In this document: positions 27,276-39,588 of the stretch, one piece after another
How positions within the stretch are numbered: the stretch's first letter is position 1
Layout of the letters: each line of letters begins with the position of its first letter
DNA from: Octopus sinensis
Taxonomy: Eukaryota
Assembly: GCF_006345805.1 (NCBI RefSeq)
Contig: NC_043001.1
Span: 65,720,001-65,784,000 of the forward strand
Direction: 5' to 3'
Length of the DNA: 64,000 nt
Notes under the pieces: generated by a model
What the model saw: only the letters and a program-made list of their open reading frames with translations
Database searches by the model: none
What the model was told of the DNA's origin: nothing
Translations under genes and position numbers: made by a program

Positions 27276-27849
27276 AGACACTTTAAAAACAGCAACAAAA
27301 ATGTGCATAGATGGATAGCTAGATGGACACACGGACAGGGTCGGACAATTGAATGGATACATGGATGAATGAACGGTTGAATGAATGGATGGGTGATTGG
27401 ACGGATGGATGTCTGAATAGATGTCTGAATATATAGATAGATGAAAGGATGAACTTTTTTCCTGTTTCCTTTTCAATATTTTTCCAAACTCAGCCAACGG
27501 CGATCTCTACATTTTTAAAGATGCTCAAACTTCAACGTATCCAATTTGATTGAGCATTTTATGTCCCTTGTTAGTAACTGCGAGGGTTCAAAAAGAGAGC
27601 CTTTACATACTCACTTGTAGGAATAGCAACTAAATCCCTTCCTAATGAAAAATGAGGGGTGCTTTGTAGTCTTAGACACATACACACATATTTAAGACCG
27701 TATCTCAGAGAAAGTTGTACGAGTGATATGCAAGGATTCACTTACCAACACATTATAATCTGTTTCAATACTTCTCCTTCTCCATCTCGTTTCTCTCTTT
27801 CTTTCTTTCTTTCTTCCTTTCTTTCTTTCTTTCTTTCTTTTTTCTTTCT

Positions 27850-27921
<72 letters not shown>

Positions 27922-28782
27922 ATCTCTCACTCAATATTTAATATAATTTCACATTGAAAGAGCTCCCAATTATCCAGCCTGCCAACTGATATTTCGACTG
28001 TATTTGTCACCAAAACGTTTAACTAAAATATCTGGAGCCACTTTGTTCTAAATAAGTAGCTAGTGATTATGAGAAACTTGTTGCCATTATTAAGCTTATC
28101 TAGATCGATGTATTCCTTATAGAAAATTGCGTTGCTTTTAGTTAGGCGTCTTCAAACAAATTTATATTCTCTTTGTACATTGTTGCTGTTTAGGCCAGGT
28201 CAACCTCCATACAGCAGATCAATAATCAAGTGGACTCCGCTCGTGACCTTGCCTATAGTTTGGGCACAAAAAATTTATACTAAATCGATTAATGCAAGGG
28301 ACTCTACGTTGTCATTCATATCATTTCCACAACACTCACTTTTACGTGTTGGTTTAAAAGAGAGAAGTAACTTTTAAACTATCTTCTATTTGCAAGAATT
28401 CAGTTGAAGAACTTTTATTTTCTCATTTGTTGAAACAAAAGTCAGAAACTTTCTTTCTGTGTTTATATATATGTAATTTATATTAACTGGTTGGTTGCAA
28501 ATTAATTAAGTTTACAATGCAAACTTTGTTTAACGCTGTTTCTTCTTTTTTTTTACATACTAAGTCAATACATTTATGAGCAAAATCTCTCTCGCTCTCT
28601 CTCACTCACGAGAGAGTGTATATATGACCACTCAACCTGGTAGAAATAGGTCTTGCATCATACCCTACAGTTTGGCTCCGGCTCAGTTCCATTGGTCTCC
28701 ATTGGTCTTATGTATTCTCAATCAGGGCTGATCTATGGTTAAACAACAATATTGCTTTGGTTCTGACCCTGCAGCAATGTTC

Positions 28783-29156
28783 ATCTCTCTATATATAAAC
28801 GGCAGTTTGTCTGTGCGTGTTTCTGTGTGTCTGTCAGGTTGTACCCTCACCCTGACCACGGCTTTCAACCGATTCTGATGAAACTTGACACACACATAGC
28901 CCAATGTCATAATTCAAAACTAACGCAGCGAAAATTTTGAAAAGTTCCCCCAGTTCTGAAAAAAATCGATAAATTCGACATGGGGTTGAGAATCAGAAAC
29001 ACAAACCACAGACTGTCTAGGGAACGCAAGTCGACCTTTTTAACTAAAAAAAAAATTTACCATCATTTTTTTTCCATTTTTTGGCTATAACTCTCTAAAA
29101 ATGCTTTATAGTTATTTCCCTTACAAACCCGAGCAACGCCGGGCGATACTGCTAGT
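28783..29156 (-). mobile_element. Helentron-associated non-autonomous element (HINE)
   Basis: Minus strand starts ACTAGCAGTATCGCCCGGCGTTGCTCGGG and ends GACAGACACACAG...TTTATATATAGAGAGAT. Confidence 0.65.
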
Positions 29157-30230
29157 CTTTTCATAAAATTATGGAGAAATATAATACTCATTTTTTCCAG
29201 ATTATTTGAGATATAAATCTGCTTTTAAAGGATTTATATGGGGCTTATCTCTTCATCAGTGGGGCTTGCTATTAAATATCAGAAATTCAGAAATTATCTA
29301 CCATCAACAATCTATAATAATTAGTTACAGATAAGAAAATATGATAGTATGTACCGTGTTTACAACGAAGATGTGTGCACATAATTTGGATTTATGACGG
29401 AAAGTACCAATTATTGTGGAATGAAATTTAATATAATGCGTGTAAATGATTTTCCAAGTGTTAACATATTAAAATTTTCTTTTATGAAAGAAATGTATCA
29501 TCAAGATTAGAGAGCAGTATTTATGAAAACCAAATGAAAAATCGGAAGGAAACTCTTGAGGTCCGCGAAAGTTAATATTGCATGTTATTTGAGTTCTGTG
29601 ACCTATCTGTTCTAATTTACAGCTTTAAGCTAGTTTCTGTGTTAAAGGAAACTATTTTATTTTGGGCGTAGTCATAGTACTAAAAATAAAAATACACAAA
29701 GAGATTAGTAATTTATTGAATATCAGTTTTTACGTCATATCTTGTGTTGATCAGGCTATCTTACTTATAAATTATATATTTTTTATTATTTGAAATGAGG
29801 CTGATATGCATTTATAGCAAGGTTTATCATAGATATGGTCTTCATATCATATAGTTGTTAGTCATGGATAGTCATTTTACTGAGCTTAGGGTTGATGTTT
29901 ACGTTTGTCCGATTTTAAACGAAACAAAATCAAGGCTTATTAAATTACCGTTTTAACTTGGAGAGAAATCCTGATTGTGTCTGCGGCACCATAAAGATAA
30001 CTCGGCAGAAATCAAACATTTGATACTCACAGTCCACATATACTCATATATACATACGTTACATACATGTATATATAAATTTAATTTAGGTTAACATGGT
30101 TATATTTAAGTGTATATGTAACTGTATGTGTTACATATAAGGGTATATATATATATATATATATATACATACATACGCATATATATATGTATGTATGGTA
30201 TGTGTGTATATATATTTATGTATGTATGTG

Positions 30231-30262
<32 letters not shown>

Positions 30263-30267
30263 TATAT

Positions 30268-30634
30268 AGGCGCAGGAGTGGCTGTGTGGTAAGTAGCTTG
30301 CTAACCAACCACACGGTTGCGGGTTCAGTCCCACTGCGTGGCATCTTGGGCAAGTGTCTTCTGCTATAGCCCCGGGCCGACCAATGCCTTGTGAGTGGAT
30401 TTGGTAGACGGAAACTGAAAGAAGCCTGTCGTATATATGTATATATATGTATATGTGTGTGTGTTTGTGTGTCTGTGTTTGTCCCCCTAGCATTGCTTGA
30501 CAACCGATGCTGGTGTGTTTACGTCCCCGTCACTTAGCGGTTCGGCAAAAAGAGACCGATAGAATAAGTACTAAAAGGTGCTGCTCCAGCATGGCCGCAG
30601 TCAAATGACTGAAACAAGTAAAAGAGTAAAAGAG
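30268..30634 (+). mobile_element. tRNA-derived SINE family 1
   Basis: AGGCGCAGGAGTGGCTGTGTGGTAAGTAGC head, GGTTCAGTCCC B-box and tail CAGCATGGCCGCAGTCAAATGACTGAAAC. Confidence 0.9.
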
Positions 30635-30679
30635 TATATATATATATATATATATAATATATATATATACATGTATATA

Positions 30680-31268
30680 TGTGGTGAGAGCTACGGCCCT
30701 GTAAACGCTGATCTTTGTTTTGTTCTTCAGGTCACTATTGTACCAAACACGTTTGTACAATCTGCCAAAGGAGCTATTTGCCTTAAAAAGTCTATTGTCA
30801 ATTTCCTTGTCGATCCTTGCATCGGATGAGATGATGCAGCCCAGGTATGTAAACTGCTGTATTGATTTCAGTTCGGTACCGCAGATAGTGATGTGGGGTG
30901 GGCGGTATTCTTCTTGGGGTGTAGGTTGGTGAAGTACCTCCGTTTTCTTGAGGCTGACCTCCAGGCCAAAGAGCTGCGAGGCGTCTGCAAAGCAGGACGT
31001 GATGCGCTGCAGAGCTCGCTCTGTGTAGGCGACAAGGACAGCGTCGTCTGCGAAGAGAAGGTCTCCAATCAACCTCTCCTGGGTCTTGGTTTGGGCTTGG
31101 AGGCGCTGTAGATTGAAGAGACTGCCATCCAGACGATACCTAACGTACACCCCATCCTCATCCTCCATATCTACAGTTGCATGCTTGATCATCATGCTGA
31201 AGAAGATGCTGAAGAGAGTAGGTGCCAGGACGCAACCCTGCTTCACGCCGTTGGAAATGGGGAAGGGC
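30680..31268 (-). mobile_element. RTE (BovB-like) LINE internal RT fragment
   Basis: GVKQGCVLAPTLF, LLFADD, FGLEVSLKKTEVL, FTYLGCIIS and EIDNRL.KA.S.FGRL. Ends in a TA tract. Confidence 0.9.
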
Positions 31269-31284
31269 TATACATATACCGAGG

Positions 31285-31650
31285 CCATTATTATGAAGCC
31301 ACCGTAAATTCCACGAACGTTAATATACTGTTTCATCCAAGAGATATGTGGAAGGAAATTTGAAAGCAAGATTCAACAATTGCACCTTAAGCTTCAGACA
31401 CTGGAATAAACGAAAGACTACCAAATTATATATGATTCTTAAAAGAACAAGGTGTCAACTACATATGCATATGTGTATAAATGGAAGATCTTAGCCAAGT
31501 GTAAACCTTATACCAACGGTAGTGGTAAGTGTGGTCTTTGTAATATGGAAAGATGGCTCATCTGGAAAAGTTCCTTACACCCCGTTACATGTTTAAATTC
31601 AAGAACTGAACTTTTTGGAACATATTCACACGTCACAAAATACCTGTTAC
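31285..31650 (+). mobile_element. Penelope-like GIY-YIG C-terminal relic
   Basis: EGNLKARFNNCTLSFRH..TTKL, then WKILAKCKPYTNGSGKCGLCNMERWLI...LNSRTELFG...KYLL. Confidence 0.65.
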
Positions 31651-32168
31651 GGTCACCACCCCCAGATCACGTCTACAACCCACATTTCTATGTTCCTGCA
31701 CAAGCTTTCCCATATGTTATAACTTCCATTAATTTTTAATTTTTAGTTTTTTAGTTTTTATATTTAAAATTTTTCCCTTTTTCCTTCTTAATTGTGTGAA
31801 TGCGTACAACTGTGTGTATATGTATATGTATGTATATATATCATATGCATATATGTGCGTGTGTGTATATATGTGTGTATATATGCATGTATATGAGTGT
31901 AAGAATGTGTGTGGTGCATATATGCGACTTTCATGCACATGCCCCCTTCATTTATAATGAATATGCATGTGTTTGTATATGTGCGGGTGTAGGTGTGTGA
32001 TGGGAGGGTGTATATATATATATATGTATATAAAAGCGGTGAGGACCGAAATCTTTCAAAGGGGTTTCGTCTACACTTACAATTTTTTCCTTTCCTTATA
32101 CTTCATTATATATGTGTGTATGTGTGTATAAATACATACATACATACATACATACATACATACATACA

Positions 32169-32202
<34 letters not shown>

Positions 32203-32394
32203 CATACATACATATATATATATATAAAATACAAAAGGGACAAGAACGCAAAACATCCGGACAACTAGCTGATACAAAATGGGACAACACGTATACGATA
32301 TATACGTATATTTATACGTATAAATGTCTAAATATATATGAATTATGTTACGTGTATGCACGTAAGCAACTATGTGTACATGAGGATGTCGTTG

Positions 32395-32426
<32 letters not shown>

Positions 32427-32718
32427 AATACGTGTGCGTGTGTATGTGAATATGTGTGTATGTTAGGAAATTTTACAAATACACTTTTTCAAAGAGATAT
32501 GATAACCCTATTATAATGGGTAATACTACATGTAATTTTCATATTTTTTATATTGTGATGTAACTCTTTGGACCAACAATGTTTGCGGCTGAAGAGAGCT
32601 TTAAACCATCTTTTATATCAATAATACACTGATGTAAGAACGGATTGTTTATAAAGCTTGAAACATGATATATATATATATTTATTACTGTAATATGTGA
32701 CAATTATTCGGTATCCAT

Positions 32719-32779
32719 GATAAAATTCTGAGTTTCGGATGCCGGGGTGGAAATCCACGCCGCCATCTCTTCAGTTATC
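32719..32779 (-). ncRNA. Candidate hammerhead ribozyme (mirror copy)
   Basis: Exact reverse complement of 32840-32900. Confidence 0.55.
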
Positions 32780-32839
32780 CGGCCATCGGAATTTCCCCTT
32801 GTATAACAGTCATTTTCATAGCATTTTTTCCGACGGCCG

Positions 32840-32900
32840 GATAACTGAAGAGATGGCGGCGTGGATTTCCACCCCGGCATCCGAAACTCAGAATTTTATC
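32840..32900 (+). ncRNA. Candidate type I hammerhead ribozyme
   Basis: Stem I GAUAA/UUAUC, core CUGAAGA, long stem II, GAAA, short stem III ACU-CAG-AAU (one C.A mismatch) and UU cleavage triplet end. Paired by eye. Confidence 0.55.
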
Positions 32901-33930
32901 ATGGCTACCGAATAATTGTCACATATTACATTTAGAAACGTGGATTCTTGTCCGGTGAAAGGATATACAGAATGTGTGTATATTTTAATGCATATACCTT
33001 GAATTATTCTTCGCGTGCCTTTCCCTTGAAGTTGTTTTATATATTTATAATCCATTGATTAAAACGAACGGAAAAATTTGTATACAATGCAAAAATTTAT
33101 TTGAGATGATCCAGTGGCTTATTATTCTGGAGTTTCTCCGACGTATTTCCGGTTCCTCAAATAGAAGAAGACTAGATCCACTCTTTCTCGTAGAAATTCT
33201 AGTCTAATAATAGTTTAAGAAAGAATTAATAAAGGTTTATTGAAGCTTATAACAATTTGATTGTGCGAAACCAGTTCAGATCCTCTGTATCGGAAATCAA
33301 TCGCTTGTTGTATACATCAAATGGAAGAGTATTATGAACTACTAGGTTAAAGCTAGTTTATAGAGAGTCTTCTTGTGGCAGCAGGAAGACGGCTCACTTG
33401 CAATATATGCAGTTTCTTGCGAAGACGAAGACGAACTGTTTGGTGCTGTTAGCATTCTTTTAGGTTATACTGAGAAAAGTAATTTATTGATCCGCGAGTT
33501 TCTATATTAAGTGAGAGAAGTGAAATGGTGTTTCTCTGGGTAAACGTCTCTCGAAGTCATTAATAATAACTGCTATGTAATACTTTGGGATATCATCCAG
33601 TGGGGTAAAAGTCGCTCAATAAACTGCATCCTAGGAGAAGTAGAAACCACTCAGTGGGTAGGTGGTCTGATTTCAGAAGTTGCATCTTTTTGCCTGCGAT
33701 GACAGTTGTGTAGATGCATGTTTATTTTCTATCGTAGCGTGCGATATGAGATGAGATATTATCTAGGCAGGTGCAACTGGCATTAAAACGCTAAGGCATT
33801 TAGATGAAATGGTAGTTTTTCTTCTTAACTCTCTTTGAGGGCAATGAGTTGCGCTGAATTAAAGGATATCCTTTTGATATACTTCTCTTAATTATATATA
33901 GTGTTTTCCCACTAATATATTTTCTACCTT

Positions 33931-33976
<46 letters not shown>

Positions 33977-33979
<3 letters not shown>

Positions 33980-36787
33980 TGGCGTGCGGTGACTTCCGGG
34001 GTTGGGCATGCAATGAATTTCTTTGCTCCCCCCTCCCCCCGGCAATTTTTCAGTAAAAAATTTTTCGAATTCCTACGATTTACATATGGGAGATTCTGAA
34101 TATGCAATCACCCCCGTATGACCTAGAATAAAAAAAAAAAACGTCACCCTGGTATTATTTAAGAAGAGTGGTCCCGTTGCGCGCGCGCGCGCATCCGCGC
34201 TGGCTAGTAGTGACTAGTCGATCCTACGACTATCTAGCAAAGTAAATAAATTTTTTAAACAAAATATATAAAACACAAAAACACAAAGTAAATAATGTTT
34301 TAAACAAAGTAAATAAAACACAAAGTAAGGATCGACTAGTCACGATTAGCTGGTGTGGATGCTCGGGTGCGCGAACCGGGACCACTCTTCTTAAATAGTA
34401 CCCATGATTTTTAAATTGTTTGCAATACTCATCAAATTTGTTGAAATTCGAAAGTTCCATGAATTTAAACTCTTCTAAGGATGAATATCGTGCTTTTATT
34501 TGGTCAACTATTGTACTGATAATTTTGTTATAAAGCATTCTATAATGTCGTTGGGGCTCAATAGATATATTCTTAGATCTCTGAATTCCGATTCCTGCAT
34601 CGACTTCATATTTTTCCCCTAACATATAAAAGATTGAAAAATTATCAAGTTTGTTTTCGAGTACAGTTCTAGTTTTATCTATTTGCTCTTTACAATACAC
34701 TATGTCATGACTTTTACTCTGGAGGATGTTAAATAAGACGTCAGTAAAAGAAAAAAAATGTCACTGAATACTTCTAACAAAAATAAGAAATCAGGAGCTT
34801 TTAAAGTGTGTAAGAATCCAATTGCTGAATTTATGGTGGTATCATCCCATGCTTCAGGATTTTCAATGATGTGCTCAAAAAGGCTGATTATGAAATTATA
34901 ATTTTCCTTTGTGATAATAATAAGCCGTGAGGAGTAATTCCATTGGTGTTGCCTTCGGAAATCTTTTTTTTAACAATGTTATCTAATGCATTACCCCTTT
35001 TCGGTGATTTCGTAAAAAATGTACTCAGTCCGTTTATTGTACAAAAAAAATCTTGCATTCTTTCATAGCAGAGCATGATTATGAAAGAACTAAATTTAGG
35101 ATATGGGCACAACAATGAATAAAGATCGCACATTCATATTTCTTTCTTACTTTTGCCTGTAACCCATTTAGTTGTCCTGCCATTGTAGCGGCACCATCAT
35201 ATGTCTGTGCAATCAATTTGTTTCCACATTCCCACGTCTCAATGCATTTAAAAACATGTTCAGATAAAGCATTTGCAGATCGATCTGCACTAACATCACT
35301 AAAACTGATAAATCGTTCTTTCGTCACACAGTCTTCTGTAACATAACGTAAAACTGTTGACAGTTGTGAAGATGCTGAGACATCAGATGTCTCATCAACA
35401 AAAATAGAAACTTAGCTTGCTCGATTTCCTTTTGCATATCATTCAATATAACTTTATGAATTCTATCGATCAAGTCATTTTGAATTATGTTTGACAGACG
35501 GGTGAAGATAGAAGCTGTATCTAGATGACTTTCCATTTTTTGTCATATTTACTGATTACATATACGAGTTCTTTATAATTTCCACTATTATTAGAGCCTA
35601 CAGATTCAAAATTACACCAAAACGATAATTCTTGGAAGCCTAAAAACATAACAACATCGATCAATCGTTGCAGAATGGATCTGTTTCGTCTGACTTTCTC
35701 ATTATGATGTTGTATGCTTTGATTTTTACATGCATTTAATTGTAAGTCTATGCGAACATTCTCGAATATTTTAAGATCTATCAAAGATTTTATATGACTT
35801 TGAGAACGCTTGTGCTTTAACATAGCCATATGTAAATTATTTAAATCATCATAACCTTTATCATTCCAAACATTTGTTTCTAAGCCAAAAAGTAAACACG
35901 GCCAACAGAATAATCTATTAAGCGCAACACTTCCAGTTAACCATTTTTTCTTTTCATACGAATTAACCTGAAATTGTCTCATGAATTTCTTGTTGTAGCT
36001 TCGCAGATTAGGTAAATTCGGTGCTGGTCTCCCACCATTTATAATTAATTAATTTCCATCGAAGTCTCTTTTAGAAAAACTATTTCTCAAAATATCGTTT
36101 AGAACACACATTTCACTCATTTCGTAAAAGGCTGTTCTTATATACGAACACGCGTGGAAGCGCCGGCGTAAATTGTAAGCCAATTTCAACAAAACGGAAA
36201 AATAACCTTAGTTAAATTAATTTAAGATTAATTAGCTACTTCTGAAATAAGAACTATAATATAGATTATATTTTTGTTTTCAGAACACTCCAAAAATATA
36301 ATAGTGCAAACAGATGTTTAGCAACAATTCTACACTAGCAAAGAGACAAAGAGTGGGTATAATGTGGTCATCTCAAAGCATGACATGCCACTGAGAGAGA
36401 GAGGAAGGGGGTACAAAATATTATGAACGACCTTTCGTCCTAGCATCTGTCTTATCAAGTCACTAAGAGAGAGAGAGGAAGGAAGGACAAGCTAACAAAG
36501 AGACTGCGGGTCTTCTCAAAGCAGAAGTACGAGTCACCGAGAGATGAGAAGGGGAGACAAAATATTTCCAAAACAACTGAGACAGAGAGGGAGTGCCTGT
36601 TATGCGGGTCTTCTCAAAGCAGAAGTATGAGTTACTGAGAGATGAGAAGGGGAGACAAAATATTTCCAAAACAACTGGACGGATTTTCTTTGAAACAAAG
36701 TAACTATTTTATCTAATTTTCCGATCATATGGATAAAAAATCACAGGGCATGCAACGCATACCTTGCATACCTGAGAGTGCACGCCC

Positions 36788-36790
<3 letters not shown>
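33977..36790 (-). mobile_element. hAT (Tip100/ZMYM1-like) DNA transposon, decayed
   Basis: TIRs CAGTGGCGTGC / CAGGGGCGTGC inside (TA)n. Transposase pieces: TTF-type WL..S...NRLFCWPCLLF; DUF4371-like RLIDVVMFL..QELSF..N.GNYKEL; QTYDGAATMAG..G.Q; IFIHCCAHILNLVL. Confidence 0.9.
34151..34402. mobile_element. MITE-like element with ~75-bp imperfect TIRs nested in the hAT
   Basis: GGTATTATTTAAGAAGAGTGGTCCCG...GTGACTAGTCGATCCT (34151-34225) is mirrored at 34328-34402. Confidence 0.7.
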
Positions 36791-36858
<68 letters not shown>

Positions 36859-36916
36859 CGGAGATGTACTTGCATAGCGAGTGACTTGATCTGAGATCGT
36901 GTGCTGGAACGAAAAC

Positions 36917-37162
36917 AATTGCAGAGTGGAAGGTGTTTATAAGCCATTTAAGAAACACACAAAAACCGTTAGATTCCCTTCAACATTTAAATTTAATTTG
37001 TCAAAATATTTTTGTCGCTTTGAGACCGTGACCTGTTCACTGAAAAAACTTCGTGCTGCATCTGTGCATATATATATTTAAATTAAATTTAAATGTTGAA
37101 GTGAATCTAACGGTTTTTGTGTATTTCTTAGATGACCTATAAATACCTTCCACGCTGCAATT
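36917..37162. repeat. Inverted repeat (83-bp arms) of a dispersed repeat family
   Basis: Arms 36917-36999 and 37080-37162; a homologous single arm lies at 49685-49820. Confidence 0.8.
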
Positions 37163-37458
37163 ACATATATATATTCATATATACATATATATATATGCAT
37201 ATACACATACATACATATAAACACACACACCTTTCTCCTTCCCTTTTACTTCTTCCCTTTTCTTCTCTTCCTACCTTCATTTACTTTCGCATTTGATGTG
37301 TTGGACTCCGTTGACGATAGTATTTTAAGCTAAGATCCGCTTCTGCCAGCGATATATTGTAAACAAAGTGATCATCAGTCACTGATTTGCAGCAAGCAAA
37401 ATGAATAGCTAGTAATAAAGACCTCAAGAAGAGATAGAGTAGTAACGTATACTGAACG

Positions 37459-37858
37459 GTAAAGCAAGTGGCCACTGCAAAGTGGCAGATGAAAGTTGCT
37501 ACTAGTTTAACTCAAGCGGATTCTCCGCCAGCAATTTTTCAGTGCAAGCACTGCACCCTTTATATGCAACCTATCTCTAGCAGGAGGAGCAAGCCCCTAC
37601 TACCCTCCAGCAGCTAACAGGGTCAGTTTCGAGCTATTTGCTTCACATCAGCCGCACGCACCTGTGCAGTGAAATGATAGCTAAGATCCGCGATCGTGTG
37701 AGCTGCTAGAGGGTAGTAGAGGTCCGTTCTCTTTGCTAGCAATATATTGTATGTAAAGGCTGCAGAGCTTGTACCAAAAAGTAGCTGGCGGAGAATTCGC
37801 CTCGGGTTAAACTAGTTGTAACTTTCAACTGCCACTTTGATGTGGGTACTCGCTTTAC
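37459..37858. mobile_element. Old fold-back/MITE-like element, ~157-bp diverged arms
   Basis: AAAGTGGCAGATGAAAGTTGCTACTAGTTTAAC...TACTACCCTCCAGCAGCT is mirrored at 37701-37858. Confidence 0.6.
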
Positions 37859-37900
37859 TATATATACCTCATTTCTTCTAATATATATATATATATATAT

Positions 37901-38655
37901 ATATTGTTATATTTCGGAATGGTCATTTTGCTAGTTTAGCCAATAAAAACACACGCACTATATATTTGGTGTTACTTTGCTTCAGTGTTATTTATTTTTT
38001 ACATTAATCTTAATCTTATTTCGGCCAGAGTTCTTTCGTCACACTCCTGTGACCGCATCAGTGGTCCTTTGTTTTCTTCTCACTTATTTGTGTCTCTCCT
38101 TACTAACCGTCAGCCATTTTGTATTTCTATTGTATGTCTTCATTTGCGCATGCTTATATCTCTATGTGCGTTTATGTTTATTTAGTGTGTGTATTTGGGG
38201 GATGCCTGTAATATTTGCATCTTCTGTTTATATATGTTCATGTAATTTGTAATTTTATATAGTATAAGATGTATAGAGGGACGATGCAGTAACAAGACAA
38301 CGACATACGTAGGGGAAACGGCAAGAATCATAGGAGAGTGGGTAAATGAGCATTGGAGACAACTCAAGGAAGGTAAAAGCTCATCGATTCTGTACCAACA
38401 CGCCGAACAAGAACACGGGGGATCAATCAATAACATAGAAATTAAAATATTATCCACACATAGATCAGATGCAACAATTAGACAAATTACAGAAGCTACA
38501 CACATAATAGAAAATAAACCTAGCCTGAATAGAAGACTAGAATGGAGCACTAACACACACCACAACATATGACGATAGAGGATCCTGAAAACATAATAAA
38601 TACACAGATAAATAAATAAATAACTATATATATATGTGTATATGTATATGTATAT

Positions 38656-38687
<32 letters not shown>

Positions 38688-38700
38688 ATAATATATATAT

Positions 38701-38760
<60 letters not shown>

Positions 38761-39310
38761 TTCGATTCAATTTATTATTGTTATTACTAGTATTGTTGTT
38801 ATACATACATACATACATACAAGCATATGTAATGATAATAATGGGTGGATGTAAACACATGAACAAAATAAGAATAAACAAAACAACAAAAACAAAAACA
38901 AAAAACAACAAACAACAAAAAACAAAATACAAAATACAAATTACATGAACATATAAAATTACAAATTACATGAACATATATAAACAGAAGATACAAATAT
39001 TACAGGCATCCCCCACATACACACACTAAATAAACATAAACGCACATAGAGATATAAGCATGCGCAAATGAAGACATACAATAGAAATACAAAATGGCTG
39101 ACGGTTAGTAAGGAGAGACACAAATAAGTGAGAAGAAAACAAAGGACCACTGATGCGGTCACAGGAGTGTGACGAAAGAACTCTGGCCGAAATAAGATTA
39201 AGATTAATGTAAAAAATAAATAACACTGAAGCAAAGTAACACCAAATATATAGTGCGTGTGTTTTTATTGGCTAAACTGGCAAAATGACCATTCCGAAAT
39301 ATAACAATAT
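37901..39310 (+). mobile_element. 5'-truncated PLE insertion with an inverted copy of its 3' tail
   Basis: 37901-38257 is the reverse complement of about 38954-39310 (about 99% identical) and brackets the GIY-YIG segment. Confidence 0.8.
38258..38572 (+). mobile_element. Penelope-like GIY-YIG domain, stop-free 104-codon frame (no ATG, absent from the ORF track)
   Basis: YSIRCIEGRCSNKTTTYVGETARIIGEWVNEHWRQLK...SILYQHAEQEH...IRQITEATHIIENKPSLNRRLEW. Confidence 0.85.
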
Positions 39311-39531
39311 CTGTTTCAACACACGACTTCACATAAAAAATCTTGCACAACAAATATTTAAACGTACTATATATATATATTTGCCAACTAAATGTGGCGG
39401 TCCCATTGAGGACGATTTTACAACAACAACAGTAATATCGTCCTCTATGGGACCGCCACATTTAGTTGGCGAATATATTTTACGATTCCGTACTGTTACT
39501 ACTTACCTCTCGCTCAGAGATTTAATATAGC

Positions 39532-39582
<51 letters not shown>

Positions 39583-39588
39583 TATATA

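Larger units (their letters stand above)
32689..32930. repeat. Inverted repeat, 103-bp arms, 36-nt spacer
   Basis: Arms 32689-32791 and 32828-32930 differ at 2 positions. Confidence 0.95.

Noticed and set aside
33000-33850. Additional PLE RT relic on the minus strand
   Set aside because: Only a faint IYTTV-like motif; too degraded to support.
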